A stretch of 64,000 bases of DNA from the NCBI GenBank assembly GCA_964035575.1, contig OZ037837.1:1-64000 (forward strand). Direction: 5' to 3'. The stretch is from Rhynchopus sp. YZ270_cl-10. Its lineage: Eukaryota. A program made the position numbers and the translations under genes. A model generated the notes under the pieces. That model was not told the origin of the DNA. It saw only the letters and a program-made list of their open reading frames with translations, and searched no databases. Positions 14,301-25,465 of this stretch are shown piece by piece (within the stretch, counting starts at the first letter, position 1; every line of letters begins with the position of its first letter).

Positions 14301-17300
14301 TTAAGGCAAAAATGGCCGAAAAAGCTGATTTTTGGCCGAATGCCAAGTGTCATTAACATTCGGATTTTTTGATTAGGACTGTCTTAAAGTAGTTTTTCAG
14401 GCCTCAATATCTCCAAACAACACGACCAAAAAATGTACATTTTTTCTGATGTGCAACTATTTTTTGTGTTTTTTGGTGTTTTCCGGTCTATGGTGAGGGT
14501 GGGTGTGTGTGTGTGTGGGTGTGGGTGTGGGTGGCGCACACCTCTAAAGTAAAAACTAAAAAACTAAGGTTTTTTAGAATTTAAATCTGACCTGGAGTGT
14601 GCGTACTGTCCAGTTTCACTGCCCTGCCCAGATGTATGGCCGGCTGGTGGTGCCCTGCATGAAGTGGCTCTTCAGGCCAAAAAGTGGCCTGTTGAAAAGT
14701 GGTGTTTTTGTGGCAAACGCCAGCTGGTCTGAAGAGTGATCTGACCATATTACCCAGGTATAACTTGTACTCAAAAAATGAATTTGCGAAGGAATCTTGA
14801 ACTTTTGACCACCACACATTATATGTGTTTTTAAGGCAAAAATGGCCGAAAAAGCTGATTTTTGGCCGAATGCCAAGTGTCATTAACATTCGGATTTTTT
14901 GATTAGGACTGTCTTAAAGTAGTTTTTCAGGCCTCAATATCTCCAAACAACACGACCAAAAAATGTACATTTTTTCTGATGTGCAACTATTTTTTGTGTT
15001 TTTTGGTGTTTTCCGGTCTATGGTGAGGGTGGGTGTGTGTGTGTGTGGGTGTGGGTGTGGGTGGCGCACACCTCTAAAGTAAAAACTAAAAAACTAAGGT
15101 TTTTTAGAATTTAAATCTGACCTGGAGTGTGCGTACTGTCCAGTTTCACTGCCCTGCCCAGATGTATGGCCGGCTGGTGGTGCCCTGCATGAAGTGGCTC
15201 TTCAGGCCAAAAAGTGGCCTGTTGAAAAGTGGTGTTTTTGTGGCAAACGCCAGCTGGTCTGAAGAGTGATCTGACCATATTACCCAGGTATAACTTGTAC
15301 TCAAAAAATGAATTTGCGAAGGAATCTTGAACTTTTGACCACCACACATTATATGTGTTTTTAAGGCAAAAATGGCCGAAAAAGCTGATTTTTGGCCGAA
15401 TGCCAAGTGTCATTAACATTCGGATTTTTTGATTAGGACTGTCTTAAAGTAGTTTTTCAGGCCTCAATATCTCCAAACAACACGACCAAAAAATGTACAT
15501 TTTTTCTGATGTGCAACTATTTTTTGTGTTTTTTGGTGTTTTCCGGTCTATGGTGAGGGTGGGTGTGTGTGTGTGTGGGTGTGGGTGTGGGTGGCGCACA
15601 CCTCTAAAGTAAAAACTAAAAAACTAAGGTTTTTTAGAATTTAAATCTGACCTGGAGTGTGCGTACTGTCCAGTTTCACTGCCCTGCCCAGATGTATGGC
15701 CGGCTGGTGGTGCCCTGCATGAAGTGGCTCTTCAGGCCAAAAAGTGGCCTGTTGAAAAGTGGTGTTTTTGTGGCAAACGCCAGCTGGTCTGAAGAGTGAT
15801 CTGACCATATTACCCAGGTATAACTTGTACTCAAAAAATGAATTTGCGAAGGAATCTTGAACTTTTGACCACCACACATTATATGTGTTTTTAAGGCAAA
15901 AATGGCCGAAAAAGCTGATTTTTGGCCGAATGCCAAGTGTCATTAACATTCGGATTTTTTGATTAGGACTGTCTTAAAGTAGTTTTTCAGGCCTCAATAT
16001 CTCCAAACAACACGACCAAAAAATGTACATTTTTTCTGATGTGCAACTATTTTTTGTGTTTTTTGGTGTTTTCCGGTCTATGGTGAGGGTGGGTGTGTGT
16101 GTGTGTGGGTGTGGGTGTGGGTGGCGCACACCTCTAAAGTAAAAACTAAAAAACTAAGGTTTTTTAGAATTTAAATCTGACCTGGAGTGTGCGTACTGTC
16201 CAGTTTCACTGCCCTGCCCAGATGTATGGCCGGCTGGTGGTGCCCTGCATGAAGTGGCTCTTCAGGCCAAAAAGTGGCCTGTTGAAAAGTGGTGTTTTTG
16301 TGGCAAACGCCAGCTGGTCTGAAGAGTGATCTGACCATATTACCCAGGTATAACTTGTACTCAAAAAATGAATTTGCGAAGGAATCTTGAACTTTTGACC
16401 ACCACACATTATATGTGTTTTTAAGGCAAAAATGGCCGAAAAAGCTGATTTTTGGCCGAATGCCAAGTGTCATTAACATTCGGATTTTTTGATTAGGACT
16501 GTCTTAAAGTAGTTTTTCAGGCCTCAATATCTCCAAACAACACGACCAAAAAATGTACATTTTTTCTGATGTGCAACTATTTTTTGTGTTTTTTGGTGTT
16601 TTCCGGTCTATGGTGAGGGTGGGTGTGTGTGTGTGTGGGTGTGGGTGTGGGTGGCGCACACCTCTAAAGTAAAAACTAAAAAACTAAGGTTTTTTAGAAT
16701 TTAAATCTGACCTGGAGTGTGCGTACTGTCCAGTTTCACTGCCCTGCCCAGATGTATGGCCGGCTGGTGGTGCCCTGCATGAAGTGGCTCTTCAGGCCAA
16801 AAAGTGGCCTGTTGAAAAGTGGTGTTTTTGTGGCAAACGCCAGCTGGTCTGAAGAGTGATCTGACCATATTACCCAGGTATAACTTGTACTCAAAAAATG
16901 AATTTGCGAAGGAATCTTGAACTTTTGACCACCACACATTATATGTGTTTTTAAGGCAAAAATGGCCGAAAAAGCTGATTTTTGGCCGAATGCCAAGTGT
17001 CATTAACATTCGGATTTTTTGATTAGGACTGTCTTAAAGTAGTTTTTCAGGCCTCAATATCTCCAAACAACACGACCAAAAAATGTACATTTTTTCTGAT
17101 GTGCAACTATTTTTTGTGTTTTTTGGTGTTTTCCGGTCTATGGTGAGGGTGGGTGTGTGTGTGTGTGGGTGTGGGTGTGGGTGGCGCACACCTCTAAAGT
17201 AAAAACTAAAAAACTAAGGTTTTTTAGAATTTAAATCTGACCTGGAGTGTGCGTACTGTCCAGTTTCACTGCCCTGCCCAGATGTATGGCCGGCTGGTGG

Positions 17301-17582
17301 TGCCCTGCATGAAGTGGCTCTTCAGGCCAAAAAGTGGCCTGTTGAAAAGTGGTGTTTTTGTGGCAAACGCCAGCTGGTCTGAAGAGTGATCTGACCATAT
17401 TACCCAGGTATAACTTGTACTCAAAAAATGAATTTGCGAAGGAATCTTGAACTTTTGACCACCACACATTATATGTGTTTTTAAGGCAAAAATGGCCGAA
17501 AAAGCTGATTTTTGGCCGAATGCCAAGTGTCATTAACATTCGGATTTTTTGATTAGGACTGTCTTAAAGTAGTTTTTCAGGC
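2327..17582. repeat. 530-bp tandem array: terminal ~60 bp at 2327-2390, then 28 complete units from 2391 and a 29th truncated at 17582
   Basis: Identical ORFs recur every 530 bp (2391, 2921 ... 17231). No unit-to-unit differences seen by eye. Each unit ends with a GT microsatellite plus GTGGCGCACACCTCTAAAGTAAAAACTAAAAAACTAAGGTTTTTTAGAAT. Confidence 0.98.
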
Positions 17583-17786
17583 TTTTTTTTTTTTTTTTTT
17601 TATATCACATGTGAAAATGACTTTTTGCTGGGATCCTTCACAAACGGGGCGTGAAATAAAGTGAGCTTTTTTTCACGCTTGCTCTTAGTAATTTCGCTGG
17701 AGGCGTACTGTCCAGTTTCACTGGCGTGAAAAAAAGTTTCACTGTTTTCTGTCAGTCACAAAACCACACACTCCACCCTACAAATC

Positions 17787-18803
17787 ATGCCAAGGACCAA
17801 GAAGAAGGAGGCTATGGAGGATCTGTATGAGACCGAGCTTCTGGCAGGCTTGAAGTCAAGCACTGCATACAAAACGGAGTGGAATAAGTCTTTACAACAC
17901 AATAAAATCACGGGGCGGAAGCAGCCAAGAGAAGAACATGTGGTCTCTTACTTGACACACCTGCGCGAAGAACGCAGCTACAAAGCCAGCTCATTATGGT
18001 CGTGCTACTCTAAGCTCAACTTTATGTTCAAGACGGAGTTCGACTTTTCACTAAAGGAGTACCACCGCATCGGGCTGTTGCTGAAGACCTGGGGAAGTGA
18101 CGAATCGACGAAGAAGAGCAAGACGTTTTCGAAGGGAGAAGTGGAGATGTTTCTCAAGATGAGCGAGTTGAGCGACTGCTACTGGTGTGTCCGCAAGGCT
18201 TACGTCGCGGTGTGTTTTCTGTCGGGAATGAGATGCACAGAAGCACTGATGCTTGAGATGACAAATTATCAGGAATCACCAGTGGGATACCTCTTCACGT
18301 ACCAGCACTGTGCTAAGGTGAAAAAGGCCGACATGGAGCGTGGGAGGTTTGTGGTACCAAGAGACAGCATCTACTTTTGTGTGGTGGAGGAGTACCTGAA
18401 CCGGCGCTCACCAGTTTCACAGGAGGGTCGCTTCTTCATCACTGGAACTAAGACGACAGCTGACAGAACTACTACTGGGACCTTTCGTGTGCAACCTCTT
18501 GGCATCAACAAAATGTACGGCATACCTGCAGAAGTCGCGAGGGTGCTTGCGCTGGACGGTTCGTACACTGGGCACAGCTTCCGCAGGTCTTCTGCGACTC
18601 AAGCCGCTGAGGCAGGAGCATCTATTGTACAGATGCAACGCCACTACGGGTGGGTCAGTCAGGCAATGCCACAAAGGTACACCGAAGTCACACAGGCCGG
18701 TCAAGTTGCGATGTCACAGCTGTTGACACAGAACAACAGTCCCCCAACTCAGACGCCACAAGAAGTCAAGATTAACATCAATGTGCAACAGAACAAACCA
18801 TGA
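17787..18803 (+). CDS. Tyrosine recombinase (phage-integrase superfamily), 338 aa, Crypton-like
   Basis: Catalytic set intact: R149 (SGMR), H263-x-x-R266 (TGHSFRRSSAT), W289 (YGW), Y298. N-terminal core-binding-like segment (YLTHLR..SSLWSCYSKL). Confidence 0.93.
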   Translation: MPRTKKKEAMEDLYETELLAGLKSSTAYKTEWNKSLQHNKITGRKQPREEHVVSYLTHLREERSYKASSLWSCYSKLNFMFKTEFDFSLKEYHRIGLLLKTWGSDESTKKSKTFSKGEVEMFLKMSELSDCYWCVRKAYVAVCFLSGMRCTEALMLEMTNYQESPVGYLFTYQHCAKVKKADMERGRFVVPRDSIYFCVVEEYLNRRSPVSQEGRFFITGTKTTADRTTTGTFRVQPLGINKMYGIPAEVARVLALDGSYTGHSFRRSSATQAAEAGASIVQMQRHYGWVSQAMPQRYTEVTQAGQVAMSQLLTQNNSPPTQTPQEVKININVQQNKP

Positions 18804-19091
18804 TCATGAGTGCAAAAAAAAAAACCCCCCTTCTGTGATGCTCTATACACCTGCCCCCCCCCTACAGGCGAGATGAGTGGTGACATCTTGTAATTAGTAC
18901 CAGTCATAGGAGGCATATATCAAAAAAAGTAACCCCTTCCCTGCTTTTGATTGATGTTCACATGTTCCCCTACTCTCATTCACACTCTCACTTACAGGTA
19001 CCCACATTTTGTTCATAAAATCACTCTATTTTACGTCTCGTTTGTGAAGGATCCCAGCAAAAATATCATTTTCACTTGTAAAACAAAACTA

Positions 19092-19244
19092 CGTATTAGT
19101 TTGAAATAAAGTGCGTTTTTTCACTTCCACGTATTTTGTCTCACTCGTGCTCTATTATTGCCCTCGCCTGCGGCTCGGGCAATAAACTCTCACTCGTGAG
19201 CCAAAATTACGTGGGCGTGAAAAAAAGTGCACTTTATTTCACGC
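19092..19244. other. Long imperfect palindrome at the right end of the YR element
   Basis: TGAAATAAAGTGC...TTATTGCCC-TCGCCTGCGGCTC-GGGCAATAA...GCACTTTATTTCA. Its outer arm is also present at the left end (17649-17678). Confidence 0.85.
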
Positions 19245-19255
19245 TAATAATTAGT

Positions 19256-19292
<37 letters not shown>

Positions 19293-20664
19293 GTGTTGTT
19301 CAACTTAGCCCTAGGCTCGCTTTTTTTATCTACATCCAGTGACAGAGGGGGTACTTACTAGTCAAGCGAGTATGTAAACAGCTAGATGTCCAGACAAGGG
19401 CACTTTACTATTGTACTGGCAAGACAGTGCCTGAAAACACAGTTAGTGGCACTAAAATAGAAAGCATGTGGGACAACTACAACCAACACTTCCCTGCAAA
19501 TAAGCAAAAGGGTAGTATGTGAGTGCAATTTTTCCCAAAAGGAAAAGGGGAGGGGATGGGACGGGAGGGTTGCTCTGTCTACCGGTGTAGTTTTATTTTG
19601 CTTTGTCTTGGGGAGGGGAGGGGAGGAGAAGGAGGGGATTGAGTGAGCCGTTTCCTCTGTAACACACAAACAAATATAAAGGAAGTTCCATAATCTTTTT
19701 AGTAGTTTTCTTTTTGGTGAAAATTTTTGAGAACTTCAGTAAGTGTGACCTGACCCGACTGACTGACACCCAAAGGGGAAAACAACAATAACGCACAACA
19801 AAATCAACAACAACAATGGTGGGTCTCGTGCTTACCTGTGGTGGTTTTGAAAAATGAAAAATTTATATTGACCTTCACAAGGTAAAAATGAAAAACTAAA
19901 GGAGTGAAAAAAGGAACTCAAAGGACAAGAGTTCTGTACAAACTCTACTCTACTGCACAATCTATAAAAGTGGCCCAATGGCTCCTGATGCCACTGGCCT
20001 GGCTCTTAGACAGGTCTTACTCCGAGACTGCCCTCTACCCTCAGAGCCTCGTCCAAGGGGTAAGGGCCGTCGCTGGGGTAGACCCGTCCTAGCCAGCAGC
20101 CAACCAAAAATATTAACAAATAGGAAGGGGGGCGGAAAGGGGGGAAAGGGGGGGCAAACCCCAAAGGATGAAAAGAACCAAAAACACAAAATAAAAAGGG
20201 TTAAAAATAAACATGGGGCAAACTGTCATTCTCTACACGCTTCTACACACACACTCTCACCCTCTAACTCTCTAACTCTCTAATTCTTTTTATTCCCCTT
20301 TTTCCCCTTCCTTCCTCCGCTCTGTCTCCCCTTCTGTCCACCACCGCGACCATTGCGCCCTCTCTGCACCTCCTGGGGCGAGAGCACATGCTGCGTCGCT
20401 TGTGCCACTGCGTCGGTGAACACGTTCGACGTGTTGGACCTACCCTGAGCTGCATGGCGCTGGGGTCCTTTGGGAGCTGGGGAAGGAGCAGGTTGGGCGG
20501 AGGAGGTTGCATTGCCACGGCCTGCCGATGAGGAGGAGGAAGAAGTGGAGACTGCAGGTTGGGCGATGGAGGTTGTAGTGCCACGGCCTGCAGAGGTGGA
20601 GGAAGAAGAAGAAGAAGAGGAGGCTTGAGGTTGTCGGCCTATTCCCTCTCGAGCCGCTCGTGCC

Positions 20665-23597
20665 TCATTCTCCCTCCTTGTACTCTCCGCTGCAAAGGCC
20701 TGCCCCCCTACTGCTCCGGTTGTCCGTCAGGGCATGCAACGTCGACTTTGCCTTGCACTTTTCCTGAACCGACCACTCATGCAAACCCACCACCTTCATC
20801 ACCTCATACCACTGAGTGAAAGTAGCGGTAGAGAGGGGGAGTGACAACAAGGGTCTGCCATCCTGTTTCTCTCCCTGACGGTAGTGGAACAGGGAGATCC
20901 ACTTCGTCACAGAAGAAGGCACCGGCGACCCCATGGTGAGGCACGGGAAAAGACCCCCCCTCTCCGTCCGCTCCTCCTCCGTCCACATCCAAGCCTCGCT
21001 CTGCGCCCTCAGCAATTCCCTCACCCTCGCTTGCTTCTTCTGGTCAGGGATGCCTTCCACTGACAGAGAATGCGAGCGATCCGCCCCCTCCATCGCGGTG
21101 TCGAGGTCCTCCTCCTGCTCCTGCTCATCATCATCCATCTCCTCCACCTTCACACGCACCTCGGTGTCTGCCGCCTCGGCCTGTCGCCCCACCTCCTCCT
21201 CCAGCTGATCCCGAGAAGGGGTTCCCCAGCTGACCCTGCCTTCCCGAACGACGATGACCGCGCTGGTCTTGCCCCAGGTGTCGCAGTATCCGGCCTCCCC
21301 TGCTATCTTCCTAACCGCCTGACGGGCGACCACCGACTCCGGGCAATCACCGTCCCCCTCCCCGTTCCCACTCCACGGCTGCTGTGTCGCCCAGCAGTAC
21401 AGGAACTCGCCCGGGCACGGAGAAGCACCTTGAGGACCAAAGAGAGCCATCCAGTCGCCGACACAGTCAGGTTCGAGTCCTTCAGGGTCGTCGCCCACCG
21501 CTCTCCGCACCGCATGGCAGGGGAGGAATAGCCGCCCTTCGCACACCACCCCAAAGCACCGCCCGTATGCCACCATGCGTTCTGCCTCCAGCTGTCGGGA
21601 GAGGTTCACCGCCGTCAACAACAGAGTGGTCGCCTTCTGCTCCGACTCATGCTTAGCTGCGATGGCGTAATGCCTCTCGCAGCGTTGCCTGTCATACTCC
21701 GCCCGGAGCGACTCTCCTGCTTCGGGGTGCCGATCGCAGTCTTCCAAGTACTGCGCATGCATCTTCTTCGCGTCCTCTGCGAGTTCCCGCTTGTGCCTGG
21801 CGGTCAGCTCCTCCACACGATGCCTGTCCGCCGCCTTCGCCTGGTCCAGACGCACATTCTGTTCCTCCAGGAAACGACTCAACTCCTGCTGGCGGTCGCC
21901 AAAAGTGCCCCGAAGCGCGGCCAAATCCGGTCCCCACGACCGACGATGCTCCCGCCGTACCTCCAGGGCTTGCTGCCACGCGTCCGACGCACGCTGCAAC
22001 GCTTCCTTCTTCTCCTGGTCCGCCTTTTGTTGTTGCTGCTTCTGCTGTTTCCGTTGCTTCTCGTGCTTCTGCTGCTTCTGTTCTGCCTGCTGCCCCTCTT
22101 CGCCCGCCATTGGCATGTCTACCTCCTCGACGTCCTCGCCCTCGGGAGCTGGCACTGCTGGAGAAGGAGCCCGTTTAGGTGGTGGGTCTCCGCTCCCCTC
22201 CGCAGAGGCAGCCTGAGCCGGAACATTCGAGTGCAAAAAAGACAGGGCACTGAAGTATTCCGCCCTGCCAATTTGCGACAGAGGGCAGTGCTTGGACCCC
22301 TGAGCGCAGTGCAGACATGCCAAGCCACCACACGTGTGACAGCAGAAGTGTGCGTCCGACGCATCGAAGAGCTTGCTGCATTGTTCGCACTGCAGGAAAG
22401 TGTTCGACGCCTCCGCCTCCCTCGCTCCCACAAAAGCCATGGGGCGCTCTGACTGGCACTCCCCCTTACCACCTGTGGCCTCAAAAGACAGGATGTGCTG
22501 CTGCAGAGCCGGGTCCATGGTGAGGGGCTCGTAGTGTCCCGGGATACTGCCGGATCCATCTGCCGCATCCTGGTCACCCGAGTGGAGGAGAAGGACCACT
22601 GCCTTAGGCCGTTTTCTTGGCACCATCAGAGAAGGGCGGGCGAACTCGTTGAGGATGACCACAGATACCTCAAGAGCCTCCCCTGCCCCCGCCACTGCAA
22701 TGGCATCCGCCCACGTACGCTCGTCTCCTCTGTCCCCACTCGTCATCAGCCGCTGCCAGACCCCAAAATTAGGGACAGCCGCACTCGACAGATCAGCGCG
22801 GCCCTGGACCTTCTTCACTGCCGCCTGGCGCAGACCCTCCACCGTCAAATCCGTGCGCCCGGTGGCGAAGAGCAAAGCCTCAAAAGCACAGTCCCCCGCC
22901 ACAAACGACCAAGTCACCTTCGAGGCTCCCAGCTTGGCCGCCTGCTCCGTCGCCCGAGGCCTCTGCGCTGCCGGGCACTCACGCAAAAACTCCCACTCAC
23001 GCACCACATCGAGACCAGGCCCTTCCGGAATCACGGTGGCCGAATCGAACCTCCCGGTCCGCTTCCTCGGTGGCTCCACGTGGTCCGGCTTCACGTCCCT
23101 CTTGCGCTTCCCCTGCTGCTCCTCCGTTCGGTCTGCAGGACGACTCATATCGTCGTCAGGGTTCGCATCGTCACAGAGAGGTTCCACGGCCCCTGCACTG
23201 CGGCGTCCAAACCGGTCCATGTCCTCTGCAGACGGTGCCACATCTACCTCCACACACGGCTCCCGCTTCAGGGTGGCAATCCCTACACACATAGCACCCC
23301 GCTCCAGAAAGGAAGATGCGACCTTTTTCTGGTACGCCACCGCAATGCTCTCCCGGATGCGCAACTCTGCCGACCCTGTCAGGTGCGACGTCTGTCCCGT
23401 CGTCAGGCCTCCAAGCTGCGCAATCAAGAGGTTCGCCTCGTCGCCTGCACCCCTGAAGGCTTCAAACACAATAGGGGAGAACTTGGTATTGATCTTGTTC
23501 AAATCCCGCTCGTGCTTCTCCCGTTTGACCTGGCCCTGGTTCTTCGCCGACCAGCCCACAAACTTCGAGGCCCCTGTTCTGTAGGAATTATATGTGT
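20665..23597 (-). pseudogene. N-terminally truncated retroelement ORF: end of restriction-like endonuclease, OTU-like cysteine protease, Cys-rich finger, coiled coil
   Basis: K.EKH...FSPIVFEAFRGAG.EA..L..L...RESIAVAYQK resembles the CRE RLE C-terminus. GDCAFEAL (C246) ... TWADAIAV ... GHYEPL (H364) resembles OTU. CEQC..CCHTCG..CLHC finger. The first 9-10 aa of the track ORF come from satellite sequence. Confidence 0.7.
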
Positions 23598-23934
23598 GAA
23601 GGAATCTTGAACTTTTGACCACCACACATTATATGTGTTTTTAAGGCAAAAATGGCCGAAAAAGCTGATTTTTGGCCGAATGCCAAGTGTCATTAACATT
23701 CGGATTTTTTGATTAGGACTGTCTTAAAGTAGTTTTTCAGGCCTCAATATCTCCAAACAACACGACCAAAAAATGTACATTTTTTCTGATGTGCAACTAT
23801 TTTTTGTGTTTTTTGGTGTTTTCCGGTCTATGGTGAGGGTGGGTGTGTGTGGGTGTGTGTGGGTGTGGGTGTGTGTGGGTGTGGGTGGCGCACACCTCTA
23901 AAGTAAAAACTAAAAAACTAAGGTTTTTTAGAAT
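23598..23934. repeat. Distal part of the interrupted 29th 530-bp unit
   Basis: Matches the unit from GAAGGAATCTTGA to TTTTTTAGAAT. Only the GT microsatellite differs. Confidence 0.95.
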
Positions 23935-24310
23935 CTGACTATTTCCCTTTTTTTTTTTTTTTTTTTTTCGTTTTTTTTTTTCCCGGTGGTCCAGGTTTTG
24001 AGTGTTTTTAGTGTTTTCTTTTTCCCCGGAGAGGGTTGGGGGGAGGTGATCAGGGGTCTCAGGGACCTCAAATCAAAACAGAGGTGTCTTGACAAAAAGG
24101 CTCAAAGGTGCAGAGGTCTGTTTAGCCTTACAGCAAATCCTTTAAAAAGGAAAGGCCTTGAGACATAACATAAGAGGGTTTTGAGACAGACAGAGGGGCT
24201 CAACAAATAAGACCTTCCAGGACCCAAGTTTTTTCTAGCCCACAGCAACATAGGTAGAAAGAACATGAGAGGAAGAAGGGCCAAAAATGGCCTGTTGAAA
24301 AAGTGGTGTT

Positions 24311-24543
24311 TTTGTGGAAGTTGTGGAAGCTGTGGAAGTTGTGGAAGCTGTGGAAGCTGTGGAAGCTGTGGAAGTTGTGGAAGTTGTGGAAGCTGTGGAA
24401 GCTGTGGAAGCTGTGGAAGTTGTGGAAGCTGTGGAATCTGTTGAAGTTGTGGAAGCTGTGGAAGCTGTGGAAGTTGTGGAAGCTGTGGAATCTGTTGAAG
24501 TTGTGGAAGCTGTGGAAGCTGTGGAAGTTGTGGAAGCTGTGGA
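24311..24543. repeat. 9-bp minisatellite (GAAGCTGTG/GAAGTTGTG/GAATCTGTT), about 25 copies
   Basis: Read directly. It explains the PQL/WKL/VEA repeat ORFs. Confidence 0.95.
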
Positions 24544-25465
24544 CCACGTCCGATACATCCGTTTAATACCCGCCGTCTGCCCCCCCGCAAGAGTGTTCCT
24601 TTGCAAGAGGCGCCACTACTCCATGTGGGTCCCATGCTGCTGTGGTGGGCAAGACCGCGGCACATTAGTTAGATGCGGAGGTGGTAGGTTGTGTTAGGGA
24701 ACCTGGTTGTGTGGTGAGTTGGGCAGAGGAGGAGGAGGGGGAAGAGAGAAGGAGAGGGGGGTAAATTTGGGTGACGGGCTAAAAAACCCTCCCAGCAGGT
24801 TAGCGAGCTGGTGTGGTAATGAGGCAGAAAAGAGGCTCCTTTAACACATCTTATCATGTACCGGGGAGGGAGACTCAAATCATAGTCTTTGGGATAGAAA
24901 TGGATCACTTTAAAGCTTCACCTTCCACACGTGGATTGTGTGCGCACTTCACGCTCCCCTAATGTGTACCAAGTAATGAAACACTGGCATCTGCATGAAC
25001 TCACCTTTTTTAGCAGGGTGGTGTGTGGTAATGAGGTAATAACAGAGGCCTTTTCACATAGCTCACGCCTGGTTCGCGTGCGCGCTTCGCGCGCCCGCTC
25101 ACTGTAGCAAGTGGGTGACCACTGGTATGGTTGTTCAACATGACAGGTGCATGAAAAATGTGTAGTGTTGAATCATTATATCCAGTGTGTACCTACAGTG
25201 TGTGGACAATAGTTCTCCCAGAGTAACCCAACCCAGAACCTTGTACCCTCAGGCCAAGACCTTCACTGTTTCTGGATGACGTGCCAGCACCTTCACATTC
25301 TAGCCTCCAATACCATACAGGCTGTTATCGCAAACGAATGATAATATCTTTTCAAAACTAAAACGTGAAACTCTAGAACCTTCTTGAAATTTCACTCCTG
25401 CGCTCGCCAGTATTTACAGCACTTACTCTCCACAGATTTTTTGATTCTTAATAGTATATGGGTCA

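Larger units (their letters stand above)
17600..19258 (+). mobile_element. Tyrosine-recombinase DNA transposon (Crypton-like), ~1.66 kb, inserted in a poly(T) tract
   Basis: Single YR ORF with no RT. ~58-bp imperfect inverted repeat at 17607-17664 / 19021-19080. Long hairpin at 19092-19244. TTAT at both borders (17600-17603, 19255-19258). Poly(T) on both sides. Confidence 0.8.
17583..23597 (-). mobile_element. 5'-truncated non-LTR retrotransposon (RLE-type, CRE-clade-like), with the YR element nested in its poly(A) tail
   Basis: Poly(T) on + at 17583-17601 and 19258-19291. ORF has no native start. 145-bp direct duplication of satellite sequence on both sides (17438-17582 = 23598-23742). No RT domain present, so the clade call rests on the endonuclease tail motif. 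Confidence 0.72.

Noticed and set aside
2391..17539. 102-aa and 86-aa ORFs repeated 29 times
   Set aside because: No recognisable domain. They are not preserved in the diverged copy at 27405-27832 and are by-products of the repeat.
2391..17582. CRISPR array or integron cassette array next to an integrase
   Set aside because: Units are identical, with no variable spacers or cassettes, no cas genes and no attC-like pattern. The context is eukaryotic.
21070..23610. Plus-strand ORFs of 150-370 aa
   Set aside because: They are antisense shadows of the GC-rich minus-strand ORF.
23598..23625. Start codon of the 986-aa ORF
   Set aside because: It lies in satellite sequence fused to the truncated element.
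24102..24697. PQL/HSF/STA/WKL/VEA repeat ORFs
   Set aside because: They are translations of the 9-bp minisatellite.
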